DNA of 29,221 nucleotides, from positions 1 to 29,221 of the IMG/VR virus record IMGVR_UViG_3300042297_000488; one strand, written 5' to 3'. Numbering within the stretch: position 1 is the stretch's first letter; each line of letters starts with the position of its first letter. Made by a program: the position numbers and the translations under genes. The notes under the pieces are model-generated. The model saw only the letters and a list, made by a program, of their open reading frames with translations, was not told where the DNA came from and did not search any database. Source of the stretch: a virus (lineage: Duplodnaviria; Caudoviricetes). This document shows, piece by piece, positions 1-7,585 of the stretch.

Positions 1-2
1 AC

Positions 3-113
3 GCAGCTCTATATCCACTTCATGACGACGATTATCAGTGGCATTCGGCCACTGCGCATCGAATTTTAGCAGACGAAATCAACGCCTCTAAAGCATTACT
101 GGAGTCAATCTGA
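3..113 (+). CDS. 3' end of a hypothetical protein, truncated by the window edge
   Basis: The frame is open from 3 (AALYPLHDDD...LLESI) to TGA at 111-113, which overlaps the next ATG (TGATG). Confidence 0.55.
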   Translation, partial: AALYPLHDDDYQWHSATAHRILADEINASKALLESI

Positions 114-421
114 TGAGCACCGAAACTGACTGCGTTAAAGCCGAGCTGCGTGACATTGTTGCACGCACTTGGGAGCATCAAAAACTGATCAACCGTGTGA
201 TGGCAGAACGGTTGGAGCGATCGCAGGAGACCATCGACGATTCTCGCTGGATCCTCAAATTTATCACGCTTGCCGAAGCTGGCCAAAAGCTCGACTGGAT
301 TCAGTCTGAATTGAGCTGGCTTGAAGAAGACGGACTATCCACCGTCCGCAAGCACCTTGTCGATCACGCTATCCGCACCGCAAAGGCTGCGATAGCAAAC
401 AGGGCACCTTCATTGGTGTGA
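113..421 (+). CDS. Hypothetical phage protein (102 aa, helical)
   Basis: ORF coupled to the upstream stop, with GGAG upstream; no recognised motif. Confidence 0.7.
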   Translation: MSTETDCVKAELRDIVARTWEHQKLINRVMAERLERSQETIDDSRWILKFITLAEAGQKLDWIQSELSWLEEDGLSTVRKHLVDHAIRTAKAAIANRAPSLV

Positions 422-432
422 CTCTCCAGCAC

Positions 433-460
433 CCTGGGCCGAACCTCCCTTCGGCCCAGG
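433..460 (+). terminator. Perfect 11-bp GC-rich hairpin with CCTCCC loop (terminator or RNA stability element)
   Basis: CCTGGGCCGAA-CCTCCC-TTCGGCCCAGG just after a stop codon; no clear U-tract. Confidence 0.5.
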
Positions 461-467
461 TGAGTTA

Positions 468-516
468 TTCAAAAGTCTTCAACAGTTTTCAACAGTCTTC
501 AAAAGTATTCAAAAGG
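468..516. repeat. Tandem 10-bp repeat (AAMAGTHTTC, about 4.5 copies)
   Basis: aaaagtcttc aacagttttc aacagtcttc aaaagtattc aaaagg directly upstream of the SSB start. Confidence 0.85.
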
Positions 517-525
517 ATCAGATAG

Positions 526-1254
526 ATGAGCACAGCAACCAAGACCGAATCTGTATACGGAAACAAAACATGGACGCCACAAGGCATCCTGAGTTACCCA
601 AATCTCTTTGAGGCCAAGCCCAACGAGTACAAGCAAAACAGGCTGTTTTATCAGGCCAATATTTTGCTGCTTAAGTCTGAGATGCCAGATGAGCTGATTG
701 CCGAAATGCAACGGATCTCGGAGATTGCTTTTGGCCAACAATACCGGAAGCTGACAACGCACACAAATTGTGCCATCAAAGATGGCGACAAGATGCTTGA
801 TAAGGATGGCAATCTTAAAACGGGCCATGCCGAATCAGGCTGTTGGGTGATATCGGCCAGCACAGGCGAATCAAAGCCACCCATGGTGATTGACAGGCAC
901 GGCAGGCCGATCACAAACCGGAACGAAATTTACGGTGGTTGTATCGGTCAGATGCTGGTGACACCGGCCACCTATAAAGTGACAAAAAATATTGGCGTAT
1001 CTCTTTATCTAGTCGCCTTTATGAAGTTGGCCGATGGCGAATCGTTTGGCGGCTCCACAGGTTTCAATCCTTTATCGGACCTTCCCAAATCTGTGGAGAT
1101 CGCACCACACCTGAGAGGCCGGATGCAAGTTCGGCCAGGTGGTGGAGTGACTGAGACGGATGCGGATCGGGGCATGAAACAACATCTTGACCAGACTCGC
1201 ACAAATGGTCACGCCTTTGATCCACACGATGAAGTTGATGGGGTGCCATTCTGA
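526..1254 (+). CDS. Single-stranded DNA-binding protein, DUF2815 / T7 Gp2.5-like
   Basis: LSYPNLFEAK, IKDGDK, EIYGGCIG, GVSLYL..FMKLADGESFGG motifs and an acidic C-terminus ending DEVDGVPF; AAGGA RBS. Confidence 0.85.
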   Translation: MSTATKTESVYGNKTWTPQGILSYPNLFEAKPNEYKQNRLFYQANILLLKSEMPDELIAEMQRISEIAFGQQYRKLTTHTNCAIKDGDKMLDKDGNLKTGHAESGCWVISASTGESKPPMVIDRHGRPITNRNEIYGGCIGQMLVTPATYKVTKNIGVSLYLVAFMKLADGESFGGSTGFNPLSDLPKSVEIAPHLRGRMQVRPGGGVTETDADRGMKQHLDQTRTNGHAFDPHDEVDGVPF

Positions 1255-1628
1255 TGGTGACTTCTCTGCAAATTATCTTTGCCGCCAGAACAGGTCAATC
1301 TGTTCTGGCGGGATCTGAGCGAGCCAGGCACCGCGAAAGAGTGCTTGCAGATATGGACGGTGTGAGATCAGCCGATCCTGCATATCTGTTGCCTCACAAT
1401 ATTCGCTGGCGGAAGTTGCTCAATGCCGAGCTGCTCACGACCAGGGCGACACTGAGAGCAGAACATCCAGAATGGACAGAAGAAAAGCTGGATTGGGAAA
1501 GCTCTCCTTACTCGCCTGAAAAGCTGGTGAGTGTTGGTAAAGACAAAGACGGCAACGATTTTCTTGAAAGTGAATCACAGGCAATGAGCCGGTGGTCACC
1601 TTACCCAGGCATGACAAGGGACCAGTGA
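1254..1628 (+). CDS. Hypothetical protein (124 aa)
   Basis: TGATG-coupled at both ends; no recognised motif. Confidence 0.7.
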   Translation: MVTSLQIIFAARTGQSVLAGSERARHRERVLADMDGVRSADPAYLLPHNIRWRKLLNAELLTTRATLRAEHPEWTEEKLDWESSPYSPEKLVSVGKDKDGNDFLESESQAMSRWSPYPGMTRDQ

Positions 1629-1882
1629 TGACTAAGACAGATTTAGAGTTCATTCACGACGAGATGGACAGGTTCAAAAAGCAAACGAATCCGATCCTGA
1701 CCATTTCGCCAGGTGAATTCCTGGACGACCAGGAATCGGCAGTTGTGGAACGGTTTGCACTGGATGTGATCAGAGCCATCAGAGGCTTTCGAGTCTCATC
1801 CAGTCGAGTGGTTTTGCCCAAGGTTGTGACTGTTGCGGACGTGGACGAGTACTGTGCCGAATCAATCCCGTCAGGCCGCTGA
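1628..1882 (+). CDS. Hypothetical protein (84 aa, MTKTDLEF...)
   Basis: Start placed at ATG 1628, which overlaps the upstream TGA. Confidence 0.65.
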   Translation: MTKTDLEFIHDEMDRFKKQTNPILTISPGEFLDDQESAVVERFALDVIRAIRGFRVSSSRVVLPKVVTVADVDEYCAESIPSGR

Positions 1883-2252
1883 GATTTGGTGAGACTTGGA
1901 CTCCGGTGACGCATAGCGGTGGCATCTGTGGCGAGTTTCATGATCGCGATCAGCAATGAGCAGATGTCAAACGGGATTCATGGATGGTGACCGCTGCCAC
2001 GGATGGCAATTTGTCGCGGCTGGGCAATAGCCCTTACCAATAGGGCTTTCGGTAGGTTCGATTCCTACACGCGACTTGTCAGGGGCTAAATCCAGCCTGC
2101 TGACAGACTCCTAGTTGGTTGATTCGAGTTTGTTCGTGGGCAATCAGCCTGCCGAACTCACAAGGATACCAGGGGGAGTTGACCGACCATACTCGCGCCG
2201 GGAGTTTGACCACTCCCGGCATCAAATCAAACGCATCACGGAGGCTACAGCA
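1883..2252 (+). ncRNA. Structured non-coding region or long 5' leader of csrA, with multiple helices and CsrA-type ANGGA sites
   Basis: About 370 nt without a credible ORF. Helices at 1921-1928/1961-1968, 1995-2008, 2077-2105, 2114-2125/2176-2187 and 2197-2220. ANGGA at 1980, 1999, 2162 and 2238. Confidence 0.6.
2013..2076 (+). tRNA. tRNA-like element lacking a D-arm, nominal anticodon CCA (Trp); atypical or pseudo-tRNA
   Basis: Acceptor GTCGCGG/ACGCGAC (6 of 7 pairs), anticodon arm GCCCT-TACCAAT-AGGGC, 5-nt variable loop, canonical T arm GTAGG-TTCGATT-CCTAC. Only about 10 nt where the D arm should be, A at position 33, no encoded CCA end. Confidence 0.55.
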
Positions 2253-2444
2253 GTGCTAGTGCTATCACGGAAGAAAAATGAAGTTCTTATGATTGGTGAC
2301 AACGTCAGTATCACCATCGTCGAGATTCGAGGCGACAAGATCAAACTTGGAATTGTTGCGCCCACAGATGTCACGGTGGATCGGCTGGAAGTTTGGAAGG
2401 CAAAGCAACGAGCGGAAATAATAAGAGAGTTAAAGGACAATTAA
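2253..2444 (+). CDS. csrA: Carbon storage regulator CsrA/RsmA family RNA-binding protein (63 aa)
   Basis: GTG start after GGAGG RBS; MLVLSRKKNEVLMIGDNVSITIVEIRGDKIKLGIVAPTDVTVDRLEV follows the CsrA consensus end to end. Confidence 0.95.
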   Translation: MLVLSRKKNEVLMIGDNVSITIVEIRGDKIKLGIVAPTDVTVDRLEVWKAKQRAEIIRELKDN

Positions 2445-3253
2445 TGTACGAACTGCGGATAGACCAAATTCAAGTACTTGAAGAACTTCAGTCGCGTGCT
2501 TCCACTCATTGGGAGCACGTTGACGAGCTTGTTGAATTGCTCCAATCCGGTGGACAATTCAAGGAGCCTCCTGTTGTATTTCGGCAGGGGCCTGACGGAG
2601 ATGAATACTTCTTAGCTGACGGGTTTCACCGTGTTCATGCCTACAAAAAGGCTGGCATTGAATCCGCAATGTTTGATGTGCGAGCTGGTGGGACAACTGC
2701 ATTCAGACGTGCAAAACTTTATTCGATTCAGTCAAATAGTGCTCACGGTCTCAGGAGGACACCCGCCGACAAGAGACGCGCTGTCGAAATGCTTCTGGCT
2801 GATGAGGAATGGTCAACAAAGTCAGAGCGATGGATCGCTGAGACCGCTCAAGTAAGTCCACCTTTTGTAGCAAGCGTAAAACGAGGTGTAAACGTTTACA
2901 CCTCGCCCGTATCAGGGGAAGCAACTCCCGAATACAAAGCGGGAAAGGATGGAAAGAAGTATCCAGCTAAAAAGCCACCAGCAAAGAAGTCTGGACCCAC
3001 ATATCACTGTCGGGAATGCAAGCAAACATTTAGAGAATCAGAGGGTGATTGCCCACGATGCTTTCCGCCTGAGCCTGAGACAGTTCCATTTGATGCTGAT
3101 TTCGAGGCGGTATTTAAACAGTGCGAAAAGTCCATCAGGCAATGGGTGTTTGACGCTAGATCTTATTGGACGATCGCACAGCAAAAACGACTATTCCAAA
3201 TGATCGAAGATTTAAAGAGTCAGCTAATTCCCCCTGAATACTTAGAGGCTTGA
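2444..3253 (+). CDS. ParB/Srx N-terminal-domain protein with HTH-like segment and CxxC-CxxC zinc ribbon
   Basis: PPVVF...YFLADGFHRVHA ParB motif; NSAHGLRRTPADKRRAV; SERWIAETAQVSPPFVASV HTH-like; CRECK...CPRC. ATG overlaps the csrA stop. Confidence 0.8.
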   Translation: MYELRIDQIQVLEELQSRASTHWEHVDELVELLQSGGQFKEPPVVFRQGPDGDEYFLADGFHRVHAYKKAGIESAMFDVRAGGTTAFRRAKLYSIQSNSAHGLRRTPADKRRAVEMLLADEEWSTKSERWIAETAQVSPPFVASVKRGVNVYTSPVSGEATPEYKAGKDGKKYPAKKPPAKKSGPTYHCRECKQTFRESEGDCPRCFPPEPETVPFDADFEAVFKQCEKSIRQWVFDARSYWTIAQQKRLFQMIEDLKSQLIPPEYLEA

Positions 3254-3257
3254 CACC

Positions 3258-4691
3258 ATGAAGATTGATATGAATCAAGTTGGTGCTGTCCGGGCTTATG
3301 TCCAAAGGGCGGTCATAAATATCGGTCAAGGGCTTTGCGAATTCATTGACAACTCTCTGAGCGCAGGTGCTTCAGTAATCAAAATTGAATTCCTGAATGG
3401 AATCCTTGAGATTTCTGATAACGGATGCGGAACGCTTAACCCTGAGTTTATTCTGACTCCGTTCAAGTCGTACGGAATGGACGCAACGTCAAAGTACGGC
3501 GTTGGTGCGGCGTGTTCGGTTATTGTCTTGTCTGACTGGGGCGAGTGCGTTGCAACATCCAGTACGGGGGATGGCAACTCGAAAACATGCATTATGAACT
3601 GGGGTTCCTATAAGAGCAAAGTAGAAGGAGACATTGAACTTACGAGAGTAACTTCGATCAGGGATTCAAGTTCGCCTGGCACATTGGTTTCGCTAGAGTT
3701 CCCCAAAATCGTGCCAAACGACAGGCACGATCGAAATAAAAAAGATATTGCATTTCGCTATTCGACCGCATTACGAAACGGCGTTCAAATCCACTATAAC
3801 GTCAAAGGAAGGACAGAGGCATTACAGCCTTGGAATCCACCAGAACTGTCCAAGAAAGAAAAACAAGTCATCAATCATCCGCAGTTTGGACGGATTGAAC
3901 TACTCTGTGGCATCGTCAAAGCAGGGCATAAAAACGAGCATCCGGGATTCAATGTCTACTGGGGCAAGCGGATCCTGATCGAGCAAGAGAGCGGCCCATG
4001 TGCGGTCCACGAAGCGAGCACATCACGAATCTATGGGGAGATCATTCTCGATCACAACAAATTCCCTCACGTCAACACGCTCAAGGATGGTTTCAATAAC
4101 GACTTCGACCCAACCGAGTTGTGGGAAGAAGTTGCCGAGCTATTCAAAGACCTATTGATTGCCGCCAAAACGGAAGGCGTTTCAATGGAACTCGAAGTCC
4201 TTTCAAGGAAGGCTTCAGAATACATCAATGGTGCTTTGGGGGGCGGTGATACTGGCAAAGAGAAACGCGACAAGCAACCCGTTCCATCTCGTGGCCCTGA
4301 GGAATCAGAGAAGACCGAGAGAACAAGAAAGACCGCCGAGAAGGTGTCTGGATCAGGGGACGTCAAGCCAAGAAATCGAGCCAGAGGCTTGCCCATGCGA
4401 ATCAAGCTGACTCCAAACACAACATTGGACGAGTCGTTCAAGTGTCAGTACAACGCCAAGTTCTGGGACGTGCAGTACAACCCTGATCGCATCCCAAAGC
4501 AGATACTGAAGAGCGAAACTCTTGGCATCTTTTCTCTGAGTTGCATTGCTCAGTCATGGGCTAAAAAGTGTGAGGTTGACGAGAAAGGAAACATGACGCT
4601 ACCAAACTTCGGGAATAACAGTTTTGAAATGGTTTTGACTGGATTCCTTCAGGCATTGATGCAACAGAAAAGTCTCTCACTTGTTGGATGA
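3258..4691 (+). CDS. GHKL (HATPase_c_3) ATPase, MORC-like, with S5-fold second domain
   Basis: N box EFIDNS, G1 ISDNGCG, G2 KYGVG, G3 PGT; S5-like GFNVYWGKRILI...RIYGEIILD...NTLKDGF; charged linker and C-terminal domain. Confidence 0.8.
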   Translation: MKIDMNQVGAVRAYVQRAVINIGQGLCEFIDNSLSAGASVIKIEFLNGILEISDNGCGTLNPEFILTPFKSYGMDATSKYGVGAACSVIVLSDWGECVATSSTGDGNSKTCIMNWGSYKSKVEGDIELTRVTSIRDSSSPGTLVSLEFPKIVPNDRHDRNKKDIAFRYSTALRNGVQIHYNVKGRTEALQPWNPPELSKKEKQVINHPQFGRIELLCGIVKAGHKNEHPGFNVYWGKRILIEQESGPCAVHEASTSRIYGEIILDHNKFPHVNTLKDGFNNDFDPTELWEEVAELFKDLLIAAKTEGVSMELEVLSRKASEYINGALGGGDTGKEKRDKQPVPSRGPEESEKTERTRKTAEKVSGSGDVKPRNRARGLPMRIKLTPNTTLDESFKCQYNAKFWDVQYNPDRIPKQILKSETLGIFSLSCIAQSWAKKCEVDEKGNMTLPNFGNNSFEMVLTGFLQALMQQKSLSLVG

Positions 4692-4701
4692 AAGGATACT
4701 C

Positions 4702-5466
4702 ATGAACATCATCAACGCTCCATCCGTCTACCTGGTCGGCAAACAAGAACTCAACAGTCTTGATTGTGCCGAGTTCTTGGAGGCCCACGGAGTCGAATAC
4801 TGGAACAGCGACACCGACAATGCTAGCGAGCACCTCGTGGAGATCGCTGGCCGATTGTGCTACATGAGCTTTGCCAAACCTCGACCAGGTGGCAACAAGG
4901 CTTATATCGAACACATCCTGGAAGTGGGCCACGGCTCAGTTTTAGAACATGCTGTTTACTCGATGATTTTCACGGGCGTCTCGCGGTCACTCACGCACGA
5001 GCTGGTCAGGCATCGTGCTGGAATGAGTTACTCACAGCTTAGTCAACGATATGTGGACGAGTCGGACTGCGCTTTTGTGCGACCACCAGGCATCAAGCCG
5101 GGAAGCACGCCAGAAGCGATCTGGGCTCAAGCCATTGGCCGAGCGCAGGGGCATTACGAGGCGTTGTGCGAAACGCTGGAATACAACGACTTTGCCGACA
5201 TCGACAGCCCGACACTTCGACGCAAGAAATCTCGCGAGGCCGCTCGCGCTGTCTTGCCAAACTGCACTGAAACCAAGATCTTTGTGACGGGTAACGCCAG
5301 AGCATGGCGACACTTCCTCGAACTACGTGGCTCAATCCATGCGGACGCTGAAATTCAACGACTGGCGATTGCAGTCCTAAAAGTGTTGCAGGCTGAATCA
5401 CCGAACCTGTTTGGCGATTACACGGTGACGGATCAAGGGATTGAAACAAAGTGGAGGAAGGTATGA
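4702..5466 (+). CDS. thyX: FAD-dependent thymidylate synthase ThyX
   Basis: AGRLCYMS, GHGSVLEH, signature HELVRHRAGMSYSQLSQRY, REAARAVLP, HADAEIQ; AAGGA RBS before ATG 4702. Confidence 0.96.
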   Translation: MNIINAPSVYLVGKQELNSLDCAEFLEAHGVEYWNSDTDNASEHLVEIAGRLCYMSFAKPRPGGNKAYIEHILEVGHGSVLEHAVYSMIFTGVSRSLTHELVRHRAGMSYSQLSQRYVDESDCAFVRPPGIKPGSTPEAIWAQAIGRAQGHYEALCETLEYNDFADIDSPTLRRKKSREAARAVLPNCTETKIFVTGNARAWRHFLELRGSIHADAEIQRLAIAVLKVLQAESPNLFGDYTVTDQGIETKWRKV

Positions 5467-5966
5467 ACAGATTTACAATCATCGGAATCGACCCTGGCAG
5501 CACTCATTCGGGAGTCTGCGTTATAGGCCCAGGCAACCATAAGAAACCAAATATCCTGTCGGCTGACAAAATCGCTAACGCTGACCTCATGCACATGCTA
5601 AGAGCAATTTGGGTGGACTCATCTGAAATTGCAATTGAGGGTTTTTCATGCCAAGGCAGGCCTGTAGGCGACTCGTCTATTCAGACCATGTACCTAATAG
5701 GTCGGCTTTTACAGAAGGCAGAAGACCGTGGCATTTCAATTACAGTCTACAAAAGGCGCGAATATGGTCAGTGGATCACTGCTGGTGGAAAATTGAATGA
5801 TGCCACATTGCGGGCGGGTTTAGAGTCGGTTTATGGGCCATCGGCGAAAAAGACCGACCCGCTTTACCTCCTTAGAGGAACGAGTGACAAGCGGTCAGCA
5901 TTTGCTGTGGCTAAATATCACGAATTTATGCTGTGCAAGGTGCCGTATGAAATCCAAGCGAGCTGA
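5463..5966 (+). CDS. RuvC-like Holliday junction resolvase (RNase H fold)
   Basis: IIGIDPGSTHSG first strand, IAIEG, and C-terminal helix SDKRSAFAVA. Confidence 0.75.
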   Translation: MNRFTIIGIDPGSTHSGVCVIGPGNHKKPNILSADKIANADLMHMLRAIWVDSSEIAIEGFSCQGRPVGDSSIQTMYLIGRLLQKAEDRGISITVYKRREYGQWITAGGKLNDATLRAGLESVYGPSAKKTDPLYLLRGTSDKRSAFAVAKYHEFMLCKVPYEIQAS

Positions 5967-6267
5967 GATCAGGTTTTCACGGACCGAAATGGAAGTCATG
6001 CCACAGCATCAACTATTGGAGCTGAAGCGAATCGGCACGGAATATGAGCGCATGCACGCGAATGCCATCCTGGATGATCGCTCAAATGGCAACACATCGA
6101 ATCATGGCTATCCAGCTATACCCGAACTGATGGCCAGTGCCAAAGGCCAACGGAGTGTGACGGGTATCGCAGTGAAGCAAAATCGGTACCTAAATGGATA
6201 TCACCAGAACAAGAAAGTGAAACATGCTTACAGGGTTTCGCAAATTGACATGGAGAATGATGCATGA
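5947..6267 (+). CDS. Hypothetical protein (106 aa)
   Basis: ATG 5947 overlaps the end of the resolvase gene and the stop overlaps the next start (ATGA). Confidence 0.6.
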   Translation: MKSKRAEIRFSRTEMEVMPQHQLLELKRIGTEYERMHANAILDDRSNGNTSNHGYPAIPELMASAKGQRSVTGIAVKQNRYLNGYHQNKKVKHAYRVSQIDMENDA

Positions 6268-6584
6268 GCTGTCCTGATTACTATCTGCTCGCCAGTGGTC
6301 GCGAGTTTATCGACTTTGCCAACAACGAGCTGAGTGCCTGGCTGAAACCGCGAGTGTCACATGAGGTTTACCACTGCATTATCTCTGCGATGGAGCACAG
6401 GTTTCGACGCGGCAATAAGGAAGGTGAAGCTGAGACAGATCAGGCGGCGGAAGCGTTCTGGCTCTCACAAGCGATAAGAACGAAAGACGAAAGCAAATAC
6501 TACATGAATGAGATCATACCAGTGGTTCTGGCTATGGTGGACACCGAACGGCGAAAGAAAGACAAGACGAGGCAAGCACAATGA
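6264..6584 (+). CDS. Divergent DUF3310-like protein
   Basis: PDYY...EFID...HCIISAMEHRFRRGNKEG...DQAAEAFWL parallels the DUF3310 pattern PxHY...E.ID...GNAIKYLWRAGKK...EDL.KA.WYL. Confidence 0.5.
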   Translation: MSCPDYYLLASGREFIDFANNELSAWLKPRVSHEVYHCIISAMEHRFRRGNKEGEAETDQAAEAFWLSQAIRTKDESKYYMNEIIPVVLAMVDTERRKKDKTRQAQ

Positions 6585-6901
6585 TTGAGCAAAGATGGTG
6601 CACGACTGATGGCACAAGCTGGACGCTGTCCCATGGCAAGTATTGGGCGCATATTGAGTTGTCTTTTGACAACACTAACTATTTTGCAAGCACTGGAAGT
6701 CTGAAAGACAGACCGCCGGAAGAACTTTCTTGGGATGAGTTGAACGAAGGCTCTTGGGCTGGCGAATTTGACTGTCTAAAGCAAGCCAAAGCAGCCTGTA
6801 TCCAGCATATCACCGAAGCGATTGAAGAGGTTGTCGAAAGCTCACGAGTATCACCATACGAAGGCATCTTTGACAGGGAAAACTATGATGATCAATCTTG
6901 A
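6581..6901 (+). CDS. Hypothetical protein (106 aa)
   Basis: ATGA-coupled ORF with GAGG upstream; LKQAKAAC motif seen in small phage proteins. Confidence 0.7.
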   Translation: MIEQRWCTTDGTSWTLSHGKYWAHIELSFDNTNYFASTGSLKDRPPEELSWDELNEGSWAGEFDCLKQAKAACIQHITEAIEEVVESSRVSPYEGIFDRENYDDQS

Positions 6902-7085
6902 TGATATCGCAGCTATACCACACGGTGAAGGCAAGGCGGTTGCTCTGTCGCTGTGGAAGCGATTGCAGATCGTGGACAGGGCGTTTCGGATGATGGCGGC
7001 TGAGTTTGATTACTCTGGCCTGAAGGGCGACAAGATGTACAAGGCGTACATCGAGTTCGCAGAGGCAGGAGGTACAAAATCTTGA
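6885..7085 (+). CDS. Hypothetical protein (66 aa)
   Basis: ATG 6885 preceded by AGGGA; fills the gap in a co-oriented gene run. Confidence 0.6.
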   Translation: MMINLDDIAAIPHGEGKAVALSLWKRLQIVDRAFRMMAAEFDYSGLKGDKMYKAYIEFAEAGGTKS

Positions 7086-7093
7086 GCACCCTA

Positions 7094-7123
7094 TTGACGG
7101 TCGGTGGGTCGTGTGATTATCGT
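7094..7123 (+). promoter_or_regulatory. Possible sigma70-type promoter ahead of the packaging genes
   Basis: TTGACG (7094-7099), 18-nt spacer, TATCGT (7118-7123); ATG 7130 follows, consistent with a leaderless transcript. Weak match. Confidence 0.25.
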
Positions 7124-7129
7124 CAAGAT

Positions 7130-7552
7130 ATGAATGAACCATTAGGTTCAGACTCGATCGCTCCCACGGATGGGGAAATCGACCAGAATATCACAAGGCG
7201 ACTTATCCGCTCGATCCATGGCGTACAACCTGTATTGATAGGTGTTGACGCATCTGGCTGGACGGAAGGTACGCCGAATCAACCCTGTCCTCATTGTGTT
7301 GATGGGCGGAAGGTTGAACAGCATCGCTATGCGATCTGCTTATCCTGCACCAGAGCCAGTAAACAACTGGATCAGGCGATCAAACGAGCCATGACAGAAC
7401 AAACGGAACTCATGGCCTTTTGGGCCAAGTTTCGGAACATCGCGATCAAGCAACGTGCTTTGATGCAGAGACTGCGGCGGAAGGGTGTGATTGACAAGCC
7501 TGGACGGGGGAATCATGGCGCTAGGCCACCGGGATATGGAGCAATCGAATGA
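7130..7552 (+). CDS. Hypothetical zinc-finger protein (CPHC...CLSC)
   Basis: Two CxxC pairs and a basic C-terminus; lies just upstream of terS. The start could instead be TTG 7082. Confidence 0.65.
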   Translation: MNEPLGSDSIAPTDGEIDQNITRRLIRSIHGVQPVLIGVDASGWTEGTPNQPCPHCVDGRKVEQHRYAICLSCTRASKQLDQAIKRAMTEQTELMAFWAKFRNIAIKQRALMQRLRRKGVIDKPGRGNHGARPPGYGAIE

Positions 7553-7585
7553 GTAACCTGAGAACAGGTGGATAACAGGTGCTAC

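Noticed and set aside
468-516. Possible CRISPR mini-array
   Set aside because: The units are 10 bp and contiguous with no spacers, and there are no cas genes.
2013-2076. Canonical functional tRNA-Trp or attachment-site remnant
   Set aside because: No D arm, A33 and a mismatch at pair 7; it lies inside an operon with no integrase or host junction nearby. Kept only as a tRNA-like element.
2115-2252. 46-aa N-terminal extension of CsrA in the ORF track
   Set aside because: CsrA homology begins at GTG 2253, which has a GGAGG RBS; the extension runs through RNA hairpins.
4702-5966. thyX and RuvC-like genes as novelty
   Set aside because: Both are common phage DNA-metabolism genes.
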